Assembly: GCA_963735805.1 (NCBI GenBank)
Contig: CAVTMK010000001.1
Span: 192,001-256,000, forward strand
Length of the DNA: 64,000 nucleotides
Reading direction: 5' to 3'
From: an uncultured Verrucomicrobiae bacterium
GTDB taxonomy: Bacteria > Verrucomicrobiota > Verrucomicrobiia > Chthoniobacterales > UBA10450
The number at the start of each line of letters is the position of its first letter. Position 1 is the stretch's first letter. The notes under the pieces are model-generated. The model was not told the DNA's origin. It saw only the letters and a list, made by a program, of their open reading frames with translations, and made no database searches. This document shows positions 33,994 to 44,736 of the stretch, piece after piece. A program made the position numbers and the translations under genes.

Positions 33994-34330
33994 CTCTCAC
34001 CGCTGTTGCTTCCTTGCCCTTACGGGTCCGAAGATAATTTAGCCTGGCGCGACGGGCGCGGCCTTTTTGCTCCACCTCTACTTTTGCGATGCGCGGCGAA
34101 TGCAAAGGAAACACACGTTCAACGCCTTCGCCGTAGGATATCCGGCGCACGGTGAAGGTTTCATTGAGCCCCCGGCCCTTGCGCCCAATAACGATGCCAG
34201 TAAATATCTGGACTCGTTCCTTGTCGCCTTCTACCACACGGGTATGAACGCGCACACTGTCCCCGACAGAAAACGGCGTCACATCGCTTTTATGCTGTTC
34301 TTTCTCAATGGCGTCGATCATCTGATTCAT
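33989..34330 (-). CDS. rplS: 50S ribosomal protein L19
   Basis: [44 protein letters not shown]. Confidence 0.98.
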   Translation of the reverse strand: MNQMIDAIEKEQHKSDVTPFSVGDSVRVHTRVVEGDKERVQIFTGIVIGRKGRGLNETFTVRRISYGEGVERVFPLHSPRIAKVEVEQKGRARRARLNYLRTRKGKEATAVRE

Positions 34331-34507
34331 GGAAATTCCCCCTCCTGCCCGCTCGGGCGGGCAAACAGTTTCCAGCAGGATAGGTAAAATTGCAACCGCT
34401 CACCGGATCATTTAGCGATTTGACAAGTCGGAGATTTAGCGACCCGCCGACTGACAAAATCCTTGAATCGCTAACACAATAGATTGCGGTATGTTTGGGA
34501 TTCCATC

Positions 34508-34581
34508 GCGCCCGTAGTTCAACTGGATAGAACGACGGCCTCCGGAGCCGTAGGTTGCGCGTTCGAGCCGCGCCGGGCGCA
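34508..34581 (+). tRNA. tRNA-Arg(CCG), CCA not encoded
   Basis: GCGCCCG/CGGGCGC acceptor stem, anticodon arm ACGGC-CTCCGGA-GCCGT, GTTCGAG T-loop. Confidence 0.95.
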
Positions 34582-34681
34582 GGGCCTCTGAAAACGCATC
34601 TTCATAGGTAAAATCGACTCATTTCGCAACCTAGGCCATATCAGGTGCGAATCGCCGAAGAAGACGCTCGAAAGCGCAGCT

Positions 34682-35894
34682 TTACTGATTGTTGTTGACC
34701 ACTTGCGGCGCAGATTTGCTCGCTTCGAGCTGTGCGCTCACTTTCTGGATTTGCGCTGCCTGCTCTTTCACTGTCGCGGTGAGAGCCTCCATTCCGGATT
34801 TTAGTTGTGCGATGGTCGCTTGCTGCTCCTCATTTTTGTGGTGCTCTTTGAGGAACTCGTTGAGCAACATCGCGTTCACGGCTTCGTAGCGCACCGTTTC
34901 GGGCTTCCCGTCGGCATCGCACGTCACCAGGTCGGCATTGACCTGGGCCACTTCCTCGGCGATCAGGCCAAAGCCGAGGCAGCGCATCGGATCAATCTCC
35001 TTCTTATAGCGGAAACTGACCGGTTTAAGCCAGAGGATTGCTTCGCTGGCTTTGTCCATCGGCTTGATTTGCTCTTTGTAGCGGCGAGAGGACGAAAGCG
35101 TCCCGATCTTGTCGTCTGAATTGACGTAAACAGCCCGGCCATTCGCCACAGAAGAGTAAATGTTGCGGATGCGGGTGGTGTTGCTCTCACCAGCAACGCC
35201 AGCGCTGCCGATGTCAATATTGTTACTTCCCGTGGTGAGATTTACACCGGCGAAAGCGCCCAACGCGATATTGCCGTTGCCGGTGCTGTTGTTAAAGAGC
35301 GCGTCAAAACCGGTAGCCGTGTTGTTTGAGCCGCTCACGTTCGAGAAAAGGGCATTAAGACCATCAGCGGTATTGTTGTCGCCGTTGTGATTGCTAAAGA
35401 GGGCTTGAAACCCGCTGGCCGTATTATACCTTGCGGTGCTGTTAAAATAGAGCGACAGCCCGCCGGTAGCCGTGTTGTAGTAGCCGGTTGTGTTGTAAAA
35501 GAGCGCTTGCATTCCGGTGGCTGTGTTGCCGTCGCCGGTGGTGTTGTGAAACATCGCGCTAGTTCCGGTGGCGGTGTTGTCCCATCCAGTGCTGCTAAAT
35601 CTGAGCGCGTCCCATCCGGTGGCCGTGTTGTAGAGGCCGGTGGTGTTGCTATTGAGCGCTTGCATTCCGGTGGCCGTGTTGGCGCTGCCGCTGGTGTCGC
35701 TATACAGCGCCTGATAGCCGATCGCCGTGTTGCCCCCGCCGCCCCCCCAGACTGAAGAGAGCATCAGTACCCTCAGCGGTGTTGTAGTTCTGATACCCTC
35801 CGTCCGGTGGTGGATCGACCGCTTGCGTGTTTTGGACGAGCGCAAAACAGACAAGTGCAAATGTGATTAGAACTGGTGGGATGTTTGGTTTCAT
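34682..35894 (-). pseudogene. Secreted 17-aa-repeat fibre protein with peptidase S74 (intramolecular chaperone) domain; one-base frameshift in a G7 tract
   Basis: Signal peptide and PPPDGGY in ORF 35700-35996; NTATG..AL..NTTG repeats, SSRRYK, GLIAEEV and a coiled coil in ORF 34682-35860; the frames switch at 35742-35748. Confidence 0.8.
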
Positions 35895-35988
35895 TATGAG
35901 GGAGTTTCGGAAAAATCTCGCCAGCTTGTCGAGGCAATTCCCAGCAAGCGCGATCACTTTAGCCATCTTCCCGACTTCTCCGCGCACA

Positions 35989-37785
35989 TCAGCCACTCAA
36001 CAACCGCCGCTCCGCTTTGTAAGGGAACACTTCTGGAATTTCACCAGCTCGGATTTGGCGCTGGACGGTCCGCCAAAAATCGGCCCTAAAAATCTCAGGG
36101 TGATGTTCGAGCAGCGCCGCCAGTGCCGGCTTTGGGAAAGCCAGAAATTGCAAAAATTCCTCGGGAAAAATGTCGTTCTCACGCACCGAGAACCACGGTT
36201 CGGCGGCAATCTCATCCTCCGGAGTCCGCGCTTCGGGGAGTTTGCGAAAATGGCAATCGGTAAGGAAACAAAGCTCATCGTAATCGTAAAAGACGACGCG
36301 ACCGTGTCGGGTCACGCCAAAGTTCTTCGTGAGCAAATCTCCCGGGAAAATGTTGGAGGCAGCAAGGTCTTTGATCGATTGCCCGTATTCGCGTCCGGCA
36401 GCGGCGATCGCCTCCGGCTCCTTTTCCCGAAAAAACACGTTCAGCGGGCGAAGCCGACGCTCCACATAGGCGTGCGCGATGATGACGTCGCCGCTTTCAG
36501 TCTTCACAATCGAAGCGGCATCGCGCAAAAGTTCAGCGAGCAGCTCGGAGTCGAACCGGTCCGCGGGGATGCGCAAATGTTCGAACTCATGCGCTTCGAC
36601 CAATCGTCCGGCGCGGTCATGTTCAAACACTAACCGGTAACGCCGCCGCACATCCTCACGGGTACTATCTTTCGGCAAATCAAATTGATCTTTGATCAGT
36701 TTAAAAACGACGTCGTAGCTCGGGAGCGTGAAAACGCTCATTACCATTCCCCGAGCTCCCTCGGCTACGACGAAACAATCGTTAGACCTGCGCAGATGGG
36801 CTATGAAATCGCGGTAAAATTCCGTTTTACCGTGGCGATGAAAACCAATGGCGTTATAGAGATCAATCAAACGTTTGCGCGGCATCAATTGCTGAAGATA
36901 ACGCACAAGCCGATACGGACATTCAACCGTGACCCGGAAATAAGAACGTGTAAACGAAAACAAAAGTGCAAGGTCGACATCTCCATGCAGCAGTGCATCG
37001 AGGATGATACCGCGCTCATTTTCGTGACGAAGGCAGAGCGCGATCGGTAAGGGCTGCTCTCCTTTGCGCAGGACGCGTCCCACCAAATACGCGCCGCGTC
37101 CACGGTAAAAAACGTTCGGGAGAATCTCCAATTCGGGCTGCGAGTTTTTCGCCGGTCGATCAGCTTCAAGACGCGCCGCGGCTAGTTTAGCTGTTACCCG
37201 CACGTCGTCCCAGCTTTCGTCAAAAGCATCCATCAACGCCGAACACAGCAGTTCGGGGAGCCCCTGGTCACGATAAGTTCTAGCGATGGTAACCGGGGCG
37301 CCAGGCGGCGGAGCGTCGAAATCGGTATCGACAAATTCGATTGCCTGGTCCACGCCGGCGGTGTCAAAAACGCGACGCGTTAACGAATTGAAAAAGGTTT
37401 CGGCGATTTCCCACGCCGGCAAGCGCGCGATAAGCGATGAGTAAACAGCTTTGATTCCTCTCCAGATACTGTGTTCCGGTAAACGCACCCCCATCAATTC
37501 ACGAATGCGACTGGTCAGATCGTCGAGAACGTCGTTGTAAAAATGCAGGCGCTCGGCCGCGTCATCAAAACTGCCGGCCCAATCGCGTTCCACAAAACGT
37601 TCACGCGCGCGCCGCGTGATCGCGTCGAAGCGTGTTTGGTAGTCAAAAAAGGATTCGAGCGCGGTTTCGGCGCAACGCGCAGCAAGACGACTGTCTGTCA
37701 GCGCCGAAAATTCCTGCGCAACGTTTTCGCTGGCGATCGTCGATCTTGCATTCAACAGAACTGTTCCGCTTCCGTCGAGCCGCAC
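35989..37785 (-). CDS. aceK: Isocitrate dehydrogenase kinase/phosphatase
   Basis: [53 protein letters not shown]. Confidence 0.95.
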   Translation of the reverse strand: MRLDGSGTVLLNARSTIASENVAQEFSALTDSRLAARCAETALESFFDYQTRFDAITRRARERFVERDWAGSFDDAAERLHFYNDVLDDLTSRIRELMGVRLPEHSIWRGIKAVYSSLIARLPAWEIAETFFNSLTRRVFDTAGVDQAIEFVDTDFDAPPPGAPVTIARTYRDQGLPELLCSALMDAFDESWDDVRVTAKLAAARLEADRPAKNSQPELEILPNVFYRGRGAYLVGRVLRKGEQPLPIALCLRHENERGIILDALLHGDVDLALLFSFTRSYFRVTVECPYRLVRYLQQLMPRKRLIDLYNAIGFHRHGKTEFYRDFIAHLRRSNDCFVVAEGARGMVMSVFTLPSYDVVFKLIKDQFDLPKDSTREDVRRRYRLVFEHDRAGRLVEAHEFEHLRIPADRFDSELLAELLRDAASIVKTESGDVIIAHAYVERRLRPLNVFFREKEPEAIAAAGREYGQSIKDLAASNIFPGDLLTKNFGVTRHGRVVFYDYDELCFLTDCHFRKLPEARTPEDEIAAEPWFSVRENDIFPEEFLQFLAFPKPALAALLEHHPEIFRADFWRTVQRQIRAGEIPEVFPYKAERRLLSG

Positions 37786-39002
37786 AACGCCGTGGTCGAG
37801 CTTTTGCCGTCGGCGATAATTTGAGAGACGAGATCGAAGTAACCGGTACCAACCTCGCGTTGATGTTTCGTTGCCGAGTAACCGTCGCGTTCGGCCGCGA
37901 ATTCCGCCTCCTGCAATACCGCATACGCGGCCATGCCATGGTCGCGATAATCGCGCGCCAAGTTAAACATGCTGGCGTTCAGCGCGTGAAACCCAGCGAG
38001 CGTGACGAACTGAAATTTGTAACCCATCGCGCCGAGCTCGCGCTGAAATTTTGCGATGCTGGCGCTGTCGAGTTTCTTTTTCCAGTTAAACGACGGCGAA
38101 CAATTGTAAGCTAGTAACTTGTTAGGAAATCTTGCGTGCACGTTCTCGGCGAATCGCTTTGCTTCCGCCAGGCTCGGTTCGCTTGTTTCGCACCAGATCA
38201 GATCGGCAAACGGCGCGTAACTTTGCCCGCGCGCGATCGCCTGATCGAGTCCGGCGCGCACGCGAAAGAAGCCTTCCGGAGTTCGTTCGCCGGTAAGAAA
38301 TTCGTGATCGCGCTCATCCACGTCGTTCGTTAGAAGGGCGGCGCCGTTCGCGTCCGTGCGCGCGATCAGGACCAATGGCACGTCGCAAACATCGGCCGCC
38401 AGGCGCGCGGCGATAAGATGCTTGATGGCAGTGCCCGTCGGCACTAACACCTTGCCGCCCATATGGCCGCATTTTTTCTCGCTGGCGAGTTGATCTTCGA
38501 AATGCACGCCAGCTGCGCCGGCTTCGATCATTGCCTTGGTTAATTCGAACACGTTGAGCGGTCCACCAAACCCGGCCTCGCCGTCGGCTATGATGGGCGC
38601 AAACCAGTCGATGTCCGCCTCCCCTTCGGCGTGGTAAATTTGATCGGCACGCTGAAAGACTTGATTGATTCGCCTAACGAGAGCCGGCACGCTGTTCGCC
38701 GGATACAAACTTTGATCGGGATACATTTGCCCGGCCAGGTTTGCGTCCGCGGCCACCTGCCAGCCACTGACGTAGATTGCCTTCAACCCTGCTTTGACCT
38801 GCTGCATCGCTTGATTGCCGGTCAGGGCACCGAGGGCAGCTACGTAATCTTCGTTGTGCAACAGTTGCCAAAGTTTTTCCGCGCCGCGTCGCGCCAGCGT
38901 ATGTTCGATGCGCACACTACCGCGCACCCGCTCCACGTCTGCCGACGAATACGGTCTTGTTATGCCGCGCCAGCGCGCGTCGATCTCAGTTGAGTTTCTC
39001 AT
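37752..39002 (-). CDS. aceA: Isocitrate lyase
   Basis: [28 protein letters not shown]. Confidence 0.98.
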   Translation of the reverse strand: MRNSTEIDARWRGITRPYSSADVERVRGSVRIEHTLARRGAEKLWQLLHNEDYVAALGALTGNQAMQQVKAGLKAIYVSGWQVAADANLAGQMYPDQSLYPANSVPALVRRINQVFQRADQIYHAEGEADIDWFAPIIADGEAGFGGPLNVFELTKAMIEAGAAGVHFEDQLASEKKCGHMGGKVLVPTGTAIKHLIAARLAADVCDVPLVLIARTDANGAALLTNDVDERDHEFLTGERTPEGFFRVRAGLDQAIARGQSYAPFADLIWCETSEPSLAEAKRFAENVHARFPNKLLAYNCSPSFNWKKKLDSASIAKFQRELGAMGYKFQFVTLAGFHALNASMFNLARDYRDHGMAAYAVLQEAEFAAERDGYSATKHQREVGTGYFDLVSQIIADGKSSTTALCGSTEAEQFC

Positions 39003-40599
39003 AACCTGGTAACGTTAGAAATTCCGCGAACTCATCGTCGGTGGTCATCTTGTCGAACAAGTCGCGCGCGATTTCGAATTTTCCTTTGGCGAAGCGATCG
39101 GGACCGATTGCTTGCTCAATTTTCTCCAGTTCTTCCGCCAACACTTCGCGAAATAGTTTCTTCGTCACTTTGCGGCCGTCGCTCAGTTTTCCGTCGGGAT
39201 GTCGAATCCATTGCCAGATTTGCGCGCGAGAGATTTCCGCGGTGGCGGCGTCTTCCATCAAATTGAAAATCGGGACCGCGCCATTACCGCGCAGCCAGGC
39301 CTCAAGATACTGCACGCCCACGCTGACGTTCGTGCGCAATCCTTGTTCGGTGATTGGGCCGCGCGGCCCGAAATCGAGCAGGTCTTTTGCACGAGGATCG
39401 ATATCGTCGCGTTGGCGCGCGATTTGGTTAGGCTGCGGCATCAGGCGATCGAACGCCTCAGTCGCCAGCTGAACCATCCCTGGATGCGCCACCCACGTTC
39501 CATCGTGACCATCGCCAGCTTCGCGTTCCTTGTCCGCGCGCACTTTGGCGAACGCTTCTTCGTTTGCGCTCGGATTGTTCTTCACTGGAATTTGCGCCGC
39601 CATTCCGCCCATCGCGAAAGTTTTCCGGCGATGACAAGTCTTGATGCAGAGCAACGAATACGAATGCATGAAATGCGTCGCCATTGTAATGACCGCGCGA
39701 TCGGCCAGCAGGAAATCCAGTTTGCTTCGAAATTTTTTGATACAGGAAAAAATGTAGTCCCAGCGACCGCAGTTGAGCCCGGCAGAATGCTCGCGCAGCT
39801 CGTAAAGAATCTCGTCCATCTCGAACGCGGCCGGAATCGTCTCGATAAGAACCGTCGCACGGATTGTGCCTTGTTGAATGCAAAGCTCGTCCTGAGCCAG
39901 TTTAAAAGCGTCGTTCCAAATGCGCGCTTCCAGATGGCTCTCCATTTTTGGCAGATAAAAATACGGGCCACTCCCGCGCGCGATCAGTTCTCTGGCGTTG
40001 TGAAAAAAATATAGACCGAAATCGAAAAGTGCTCCGGCGACCGGCTCGCCATCTACGAACATATGTTTCTCGACCAGATGCCAGCCACGCGGTCTGACGA
40101 ATAGCACCGCAGTGCGTTGATTCAGCCGATATTCTCTCCCCTGCGGGTTCGTGAACGTGATCGTCCGCCGGATGGCGTCGCGCAAATTGATCTGGCCTTC
40201 CACCATGTTGGCCCAAGTCGGCGCGTTCGCGTCTTCGAAATCGGCCATAAAAACTTTCGCCCCAGAATTGAGCGCGTTGATCACCATTTTGCGATCGGTT
40301 GGCCCCGTGATTTCGACTCGACGATCCTGCAAATCGCGCGGAACTGGCGCGCAAATCCAATCACCGTCGCGAATGTGTTTGGTTTCAGTGAGGAAATCCA
40401 GCGACTCGCCACGGTCAAATGCCTGTTGTCGGTCTTGTCTATTTTGGAGACACCCGCGGCGTCGCGATTCAAACGCGCGATGCAATTTCGCGACAAACGA
40501 CAGCGCTTCCGGCGTGAGGATTCCGTCGTAACCGCTTGCGATCGCGCCGGTGATTTTCACTCCGTCAGAAATATCGCGGACTGATTGGACCATAATCAA
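38986..40599 (-). CDS. aceB: Malate synthase A
   Basis: [41 protein letters not shown]. Confidence 0.97.
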   Translation of the reverse strand: MIMVQSVRDISDGVKITGAIASGYDGILTPEALSFVAKLHRAFESRRRGCLQNRQDRQQAFDRGESLDFLTETKHIRDGDWICAPVPRDLQDRRVEITGPTDRKMVINALNSGAKVFMADFEDANAPTWANMVEGQINLRDAIRRTITFTNPQGREYRLNQRTAVLFVRPRGWHLVEKHMFVDGEPVAGALFDFGLYFFHNARELIARGSGPYFYLPKMESHLEARIWNDAFKLAQDELCIQQGTIRATVLIETIPAAFEMDEILYELREHSAGLNCGRWDYIFSCIKKFRSKLDFLLADRAVITMATHFMHSYSLLCIKTCHRRKTFAMGGMAAQIPVKNNPSANEEAFAKVRADKEREAGDGHDGTWVAHPGMVQLATEAFDRLMPQPNQIARQRDDIDPRAKDLLDFGPRGPITEQGLRTNVSVGVQYLEAWLRGNGAVPIFNLMEDAATAEISRAQIWQWIRHPDGKLSDGRKVTKKLFREVLAEELEKIEQAIGPDRFAKGKFEIARDLFDKMTTDDEFAEFLTLPGYEKLN

Positions 40600-40758
40600 A
40601 GGCTGGAATTTTTAGGGGGCATCTAATCGAGCCGTTTGGCGCAGTTGGTAAGGTGCAGTGCCTGCTCGGACTGCACGCTGCGAGGCGGGTGTCCGCACCA
40701 ATTTTCAAAACACAAAATTTTCTATTGCGAGTCGATTCGGTTCGACTAGCAGCCTGCC

Positions 40759-41016
40759 CTAAGCCGTTGCAAGGCCCGCGCGGATCACAGCTGATATCAG
40801 GATTGAAGCAAGCGCACCCTCATCGCGACGATTTTTGAGTTGCTTTCGCGTATTCGTGAATGCGTCATGTGTTAGCACGACTGCTTGCCTGGGATCATCG
40901 GTCAATCGAGAAGCAAAGCTGTAAACAGCAGGATAGTAACGAGCGACCAAACTATCAAAACGTGAAGTTTTCGCTTTAATTGGTGACTTGCTTTTTTTGA
41001 TCAGCGGCAATCTCAT
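40759..41016 (-). CDS. Small protein resembling ECF sigma factor region 2 only
   Basis: FDSLVARYYPAVYSFASRLTDDPRQAVVLTHDAF matches the ECF sigma-2 pattern; GGAG RBS upstream; no region 4. Confidence 0.6.
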   Translation of the reverse strand: MRLPLIKKSKSPIKAKTSRFDSLVARYYPAVYSFASRLTDDPRQAVVLTHDAFTNTRKQLKNRRDEGALASILISAVIRAGLATA

Positions 41017-41115
41017 ATGGGGGATTTCTCCAGTTCACCTCATTCTACGGGAATGACGGACCGAAGTTCTCACAATATCAGTTACCTCGGCGCAAAGTGC
41101 TGCCGAGTAGCGAGT

Positions 41116-41143
41116 TTGACCCTAATCGCAACGCGCTTATGCT
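41116..41143 (+). promoter_or_regulatory. Candidate sigma70 promoter
   Basis: TTGACC-16 nt-TATGCT upstream of GGAGG RBS and ATG at 41176. Confidence 0.5.
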
Positions 41144-41175
41144 GGGTGACAAGAGCTTCTTTTGGAGGAATCACC

Positions 41176-42267
41176 ATGTTGAAACAATCGTTCGTTACCC
41201 TTGTTATCTCGGCCTTTGCAGGCGGAATCCTGAGCGCGCAGGAACTCTCGCCAACGCGTCTTCATCAACCGACGCTGACTCCTCAGAATAGCGGCACTAT
41301 TAATGGCCTGATCGCGGTGTGGCCAGTTAATCCGCAGGTAGTCTGGGCATCTGGTCGCGCCGGCACGTTCACCGTTACCACTGACGGCGGACAGACGTGG
41401 AGAGCCGGCGTAGTCCCGGGCGCAGAAGCACTACAATTTCGCGATGTGCAGGCCTTCAGCGCTAGCGTTGCCTACCTGATGTCCATAGGAACATCCGGTG
41501 ATCCAACAGATTTTCGCATCTATAAGACAGAGGACGGCGGCGCGACCTGGACGATTCAGTTCGAGAATCAGAACCCGAACGCCTTTTACGACGGCTTCGC
41601 GTTCTGGACGCCGCACCGAGGCATTGCTCACAGTGACTCGGTGAATGGAGTATTTCCGGATCTACGCACTACCGACGGGACAACGTGGCAGGATATCAGT
41701 AACAATATGCCGCCGGCGCTGCCGGGCGAAGCCTCCTTTGCATCAAGTGGTACTTGCGTCACCACACAAGGCGGGCGCAACGCATGGATTTGTACTGGTG
41801 GATCGGATATTGCCAGGGTTTTAGCTACCAGAGACGGAGGCGACACTTGGAATGCGTACGACACTCCGTTGGTAAGCTCGCCCAGCGCAGGCGCCTTCAC
41901 GATCGATTTTCGTGATCCACACCACGGTATCGTCGGCGGCGGTGATTTGGATCCAAACGATCCCAACAACGCGCGGACAGCAACTTCAAGCGATGGCGGT
42001 CAAACCTGGACTCTTACCAACCCTCCGCCCGTGACGGGAGCTATTTTCGGATTGAGCTACGTGGGGCAGACCGGTGGCGGTGTGGGAGACAACGGTCGCG
42101 CAGTGGTAATCACGGCCAACGATGGAGGCGCAGCGTGGACGCCCGATGAAGGAAACACATGGTTCACGCTGCCTGGCGTGAGCGGCTTCTGGGCCGTAGC
42201 TTTTGCAAGTCCGAAGGCCGGATGGCTTGTGGGCACGGACGGTCAAATTTTTAAGATCAGCTTCTAA
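41176..42267 (+). CDS. Secreted BNR/Asp-box repeat beta-propeller (YCF48/glycosyl-hydrolase-like)
   Basis: Signal peptide; repeated TxDGGxTW Asp boxes; GGAGG RBS at 41164. Confidence 0.85.
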   Translation: MLKQSFVTLVISAFAGGILSAQELSPTRLHQPTLTPQNSGTINGLIAVWPVNPQVVWASGRAGTFTVTTDGGQTWRAGVVPGAEALQFRDVQAFSASVAYLMSIGTSGDPTDFRIYKTEDGGATWTIQFENQNPNAFYDGFAFWTPHRGIAHSDSVNGVFPDLRTTDGTTWQDISNNMPPALPGEASFASSGTCVTTQGGRNAWICTGGSDIARVLATRDGGDTWNAYDTPLVSSPSAGAFTIDFRDPHHGIVGGGDLDPNDPNNARTATSSDGGQTWTLTNPPPVTGAIFGLSYVGQTGGGVGDNGRAVVITANDGGAAWTPDEGNTWFTLPGVSGFWAVAFASPKAGWLVGTDGQIFKISF

Positions 42268-42366
42268 CGGCCTAGGTTTCGGGTGCGACGCTCGCCAGCT
42301 AATGGCCAAAGGTCGCGACGACTCGCAGCACTTTCGCTATTTGCTTGAAATTCTTGAAAAATTTCT

Positions 42367-42696
42367 TCAGGCCAATGCGTCGATTCGAGTCAATAGATCT
42401 TTCTTACTTGTGACCCCGGTGATTTGATCTCGCAGCTGGCCGCTCTTGAAAAACAGCAAAGCCGGAATGGCTCGAATATTATACTTGAGCGAAAGGCTCT
42501 GGTTCTCATCTACGTTAACTTTCGCGACTTTCACTGAACCTGCTTTTTCTCTCGCAATTTCATCCAGCAACGGTGCGATCATCTTACAGGGACCACACCA
42601 TTCTGCCCAAAAATCGACGATTACAGGCTTGTCGTCCTGCGATACTTCATGGTCAAAATTCGACTCATCCAGTTTAATAACAGCTGAATTATCCAT
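42367..42696 (-). CDS. trxA: Thioredoxin
   Basis: VDFWAEWCGPCK. Confidence 0.97.
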   Translation of the reverse strand: MDNSAVIKLDESNFDHEVSQDDKPVIVDFWAEWCGPCKMIAPLLDEIAREKAGSVKVAKVNVDENQSLSLKYNIRAIPALLFFKSGQLRDQITGVTSKKDLLTRIDALA

Positions 42697-42700
42697 AGCT

Positions 42701-43165
42701 TTAAGAAAGATAAGTCCAAATCTGAATAATCAAAATCATGGCGGAAACACCAAGCAACAGCCACAGCAGCGGCATTGAGTTTTTCTCGAGCGGCGCCACC
42801 ACGATTGAAGGGTTCTGCGGCACGTTCTCCGGGATGGCGATAAGGGGCTGAGTCTTTTTCATCTGAACCGCTCGAAGAGGAATGCGCACTGTCTCCTTTA
42901 TTGGTCCCGACGGCGGCAGATCAGGTGCGGGCATCACCGAGGCGTTCAAGGGTACCGGTGGAGGTTGCGGTCGCTGGAAGAATTGCGGAGAAACCACTTC
43001 CTGAACGGAAGGCGTCGAGACGGGTCGAGGTTCAACTAAAATGCGAACCGGCGACTCAGGGATCGGCAACCGGACGGTGTCGCGCGATTTCGTATTCGTG
43101 TCTGCGGCTTCAGGGGCCACTGAAATGCGAGTCGTTTCTTTCTTTGGTTCGTTTGGCTCCGCCAT
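42701..43165 (-). CDS. Pro-rich hypothetical protein with C-terminal TM anchor
   Basis: Low-complexity Pro-rich body, C-terminal hydrophobic helix, 4-nt gap to trxA. Confidence 0.65.
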   Translation of the reverse strand: MAEPNEPKKETTRISVAPEAADTNTKSRDTVRLPIPESPVRILVEPRPVSTPSVQEVVSPQFFQRPQPPPVPLNASVMPAPDLPPSGPIKETVRIPLRAVQMKKTQPLIAIPENVPQNPSIVVAPLEKNSMPLLWLLLGVSAMILIIQIWTYLS

Positions 43166-43258
43166 TTATCAAAATGATTACCAAGAAGTTTGCTCAGGAA
43201 AAAGACAACTGTCACGCGTTAAGTACACAGCGAGAATCCTTCTTGTAAGAAACTCGGC

Positions 43259-44728
43259 TCAGGCCAATAGATCGTATCCGCGGCTTCCTGCGATTGTGCG
43301 CTGAACGAACTCGCCTACGGGGGCCTCTTTCGATAAGATGACTCGGGCGTCAACATCCGGAGCATCGGCTTCGCTCCGCGCGACATGTGGCTGATCCACG
43401 AGTAATTTCAAGTCCGTTCCGGTTTTTTCGCGCGCAATTTCATGCGCAATCTCCCGCTGAATCGACATCGCGATGCGGTAGCGCGCATTCCTGATTTTCG
43501 CGGGAATCTGGCCTGGCATTTTCGCGGCGCGCGAGCCTTCTTCCTGCGAATATTTGAACACCCCGAGGCGCTCGAATCGAGTGTGTCGAATGAAATTAAG
43601 AAGGCCAGCGAATTCATCGTCGGTCTCTCCGGGGAAACCGACGATGAAAGTGGTACGCAACGTCAAACCCGGAATTCCGGCGCGCAGCCTTTGAATTAAA
43701 TTTTCGATATGCTGACGGGAAGTTTCCCGTTGCATACGTGCCAACATCGAGTCCTCGATATGCTGCAACGGAATATCGATGTAACGAGCGACCTTACTGC
43801 ACTGAGCGATGGTCTCGATGAGCTCATCACTCCAGTGCGCCGGGTGCGTGTAAAGCAGGCGCACCCAGAAATCGCCATCGATCTCCTGAATTTCGCGAAG
43901 CAGAGCAGCCAATGTTGGGCCGCGTGCCGAGTCAACTGGTTGCCGGGGACCGGCCTTCTCCGACCAGAGATCCATTCCGTAATAGGTCGTGTCCTGACTG
44001 ATCAAATTGAACTCACGGACGCCTTCGCTCACGAGGCCGCGAATTTCCGCCAGCACCGACTGTGGCGCGCGGCTGCGGTGTTTCCCACGCATTTGCGGAA
44101 TCACGCAAAAACTGCACGGATGATTGCAACCTTCGGCGATCTTTACGTAGGCGGAATGCGACGGCGTAAGCCTGAAGCGTGGTGTGTCGTAATTGGGAAT
44201 GTAAGTGGGCCGCGTTTCTGCGAACGCAACATCCAGACCATTATTCGTCGCATCGGATTGATGTGACCCATCTGACTGACGCGTCACTATTTTCTCCACG
44301 ATTTCACCAAGCTGCGCTACCTGGTCCAATCCGATGAACGCGTCGACTTCGGGCATTTCCTCCCGCAGTTCGCGTGCGAAACGTTGCGACATACAACCGC
44401 TCACAATGAGTTTTTGATTGGATCGCTTGCTTAAGCCACGCTGCTGATGCGCCTCTAAAATTGCTTCGATAGACTCCTCCTTGGCTGAATCAATGAAGGC
44501 ACAAGTGTTGATCACCAGCACGTCGGCCTCCTCGGCACGTGCGGTGATTTCCATGCCACGCTGCAACACGCTGCCCAGCATGATTTCCGCATCGACGAGG
44601 TTCTTCGCGCAGCCGAGACTGATCATGCCAACCCTGATGGGTGACATTGGTACATCTGTCGCCTGCTTTTGGTGCTGCGCATGGTTGTCTGCAGCCGGCA
44701 CAGCTGCCACTACGGGTGGCGAATTCAT
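43259..44728 (-). CDS. rimO: Ribosomal protein S12 methylthiotransferase
   Basis: SLGCAKNLVD, INTCAFI, KIAEGCNHPCSFC radical SAM motif, APDVD. Confidence 0.95.
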   Translation of the reverse strand: MNSPPVVAAVPAADNHAQHQKQATDVPMSPIRVGMISLGCAKNLVDAEIMLGSVLQRGMEITARAEEADVLVINTCAFIDSAKEESIEAILEAHQQRGLSKRSNQKLIVSGCMSQRFARELREEMPEVDAFIGLDQVAQLGEIVEKIVTRQSDGSHQSDATNNGLDVAFAETRPTYIPNYDTPRFRLTPSHSAYVKIAEGCNHPCSFCVIPQMRGKHRSRAPQSVLAEIRGLVSEGVREFNLISQDTTYYGMDLWSEKAGPRQPVDSARGPTLAALLREIQEIDGDFWVRLLYTHPAHWSDELIETIAQCSKVARYIDIPLQHIEDSMLARMQRETSRQHIENLIQRLRAGIPGLTLRTTFIVGFPGETDDEFAGLLNFIRHTRFERLGVFKYSQEEGSRAAKMPGQIPAKIRNARYRIAMSIQREIAHEIAREKTGTDLKLLVDQPHVARSEADAPDVDARVILSKEAPVGEFVQRTIAGSRGYDLLA

Positions 44729-44736
44729 TACCGGCG

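Noticed and set aside
35210..35790. 51-nt periodic repeats as a CRISPR array or DGR template/variable pair
   Set aside because: They are protein-coding repeats with no unique spacers, no cas gene and no reverse transcriptase nearby
34508..35990. Prophage or integrative element at tRNA-Arg
   Set aside because: No integrase, no duplicated tRNA 3' end and no other phage genes were seen; the fibre gene has a signal peptide
35827..40584. Long plus-strand ORFs opposite aceBAK
   Set aside because: Antisense shadows of well-conserved genes, with no recognisable motifs
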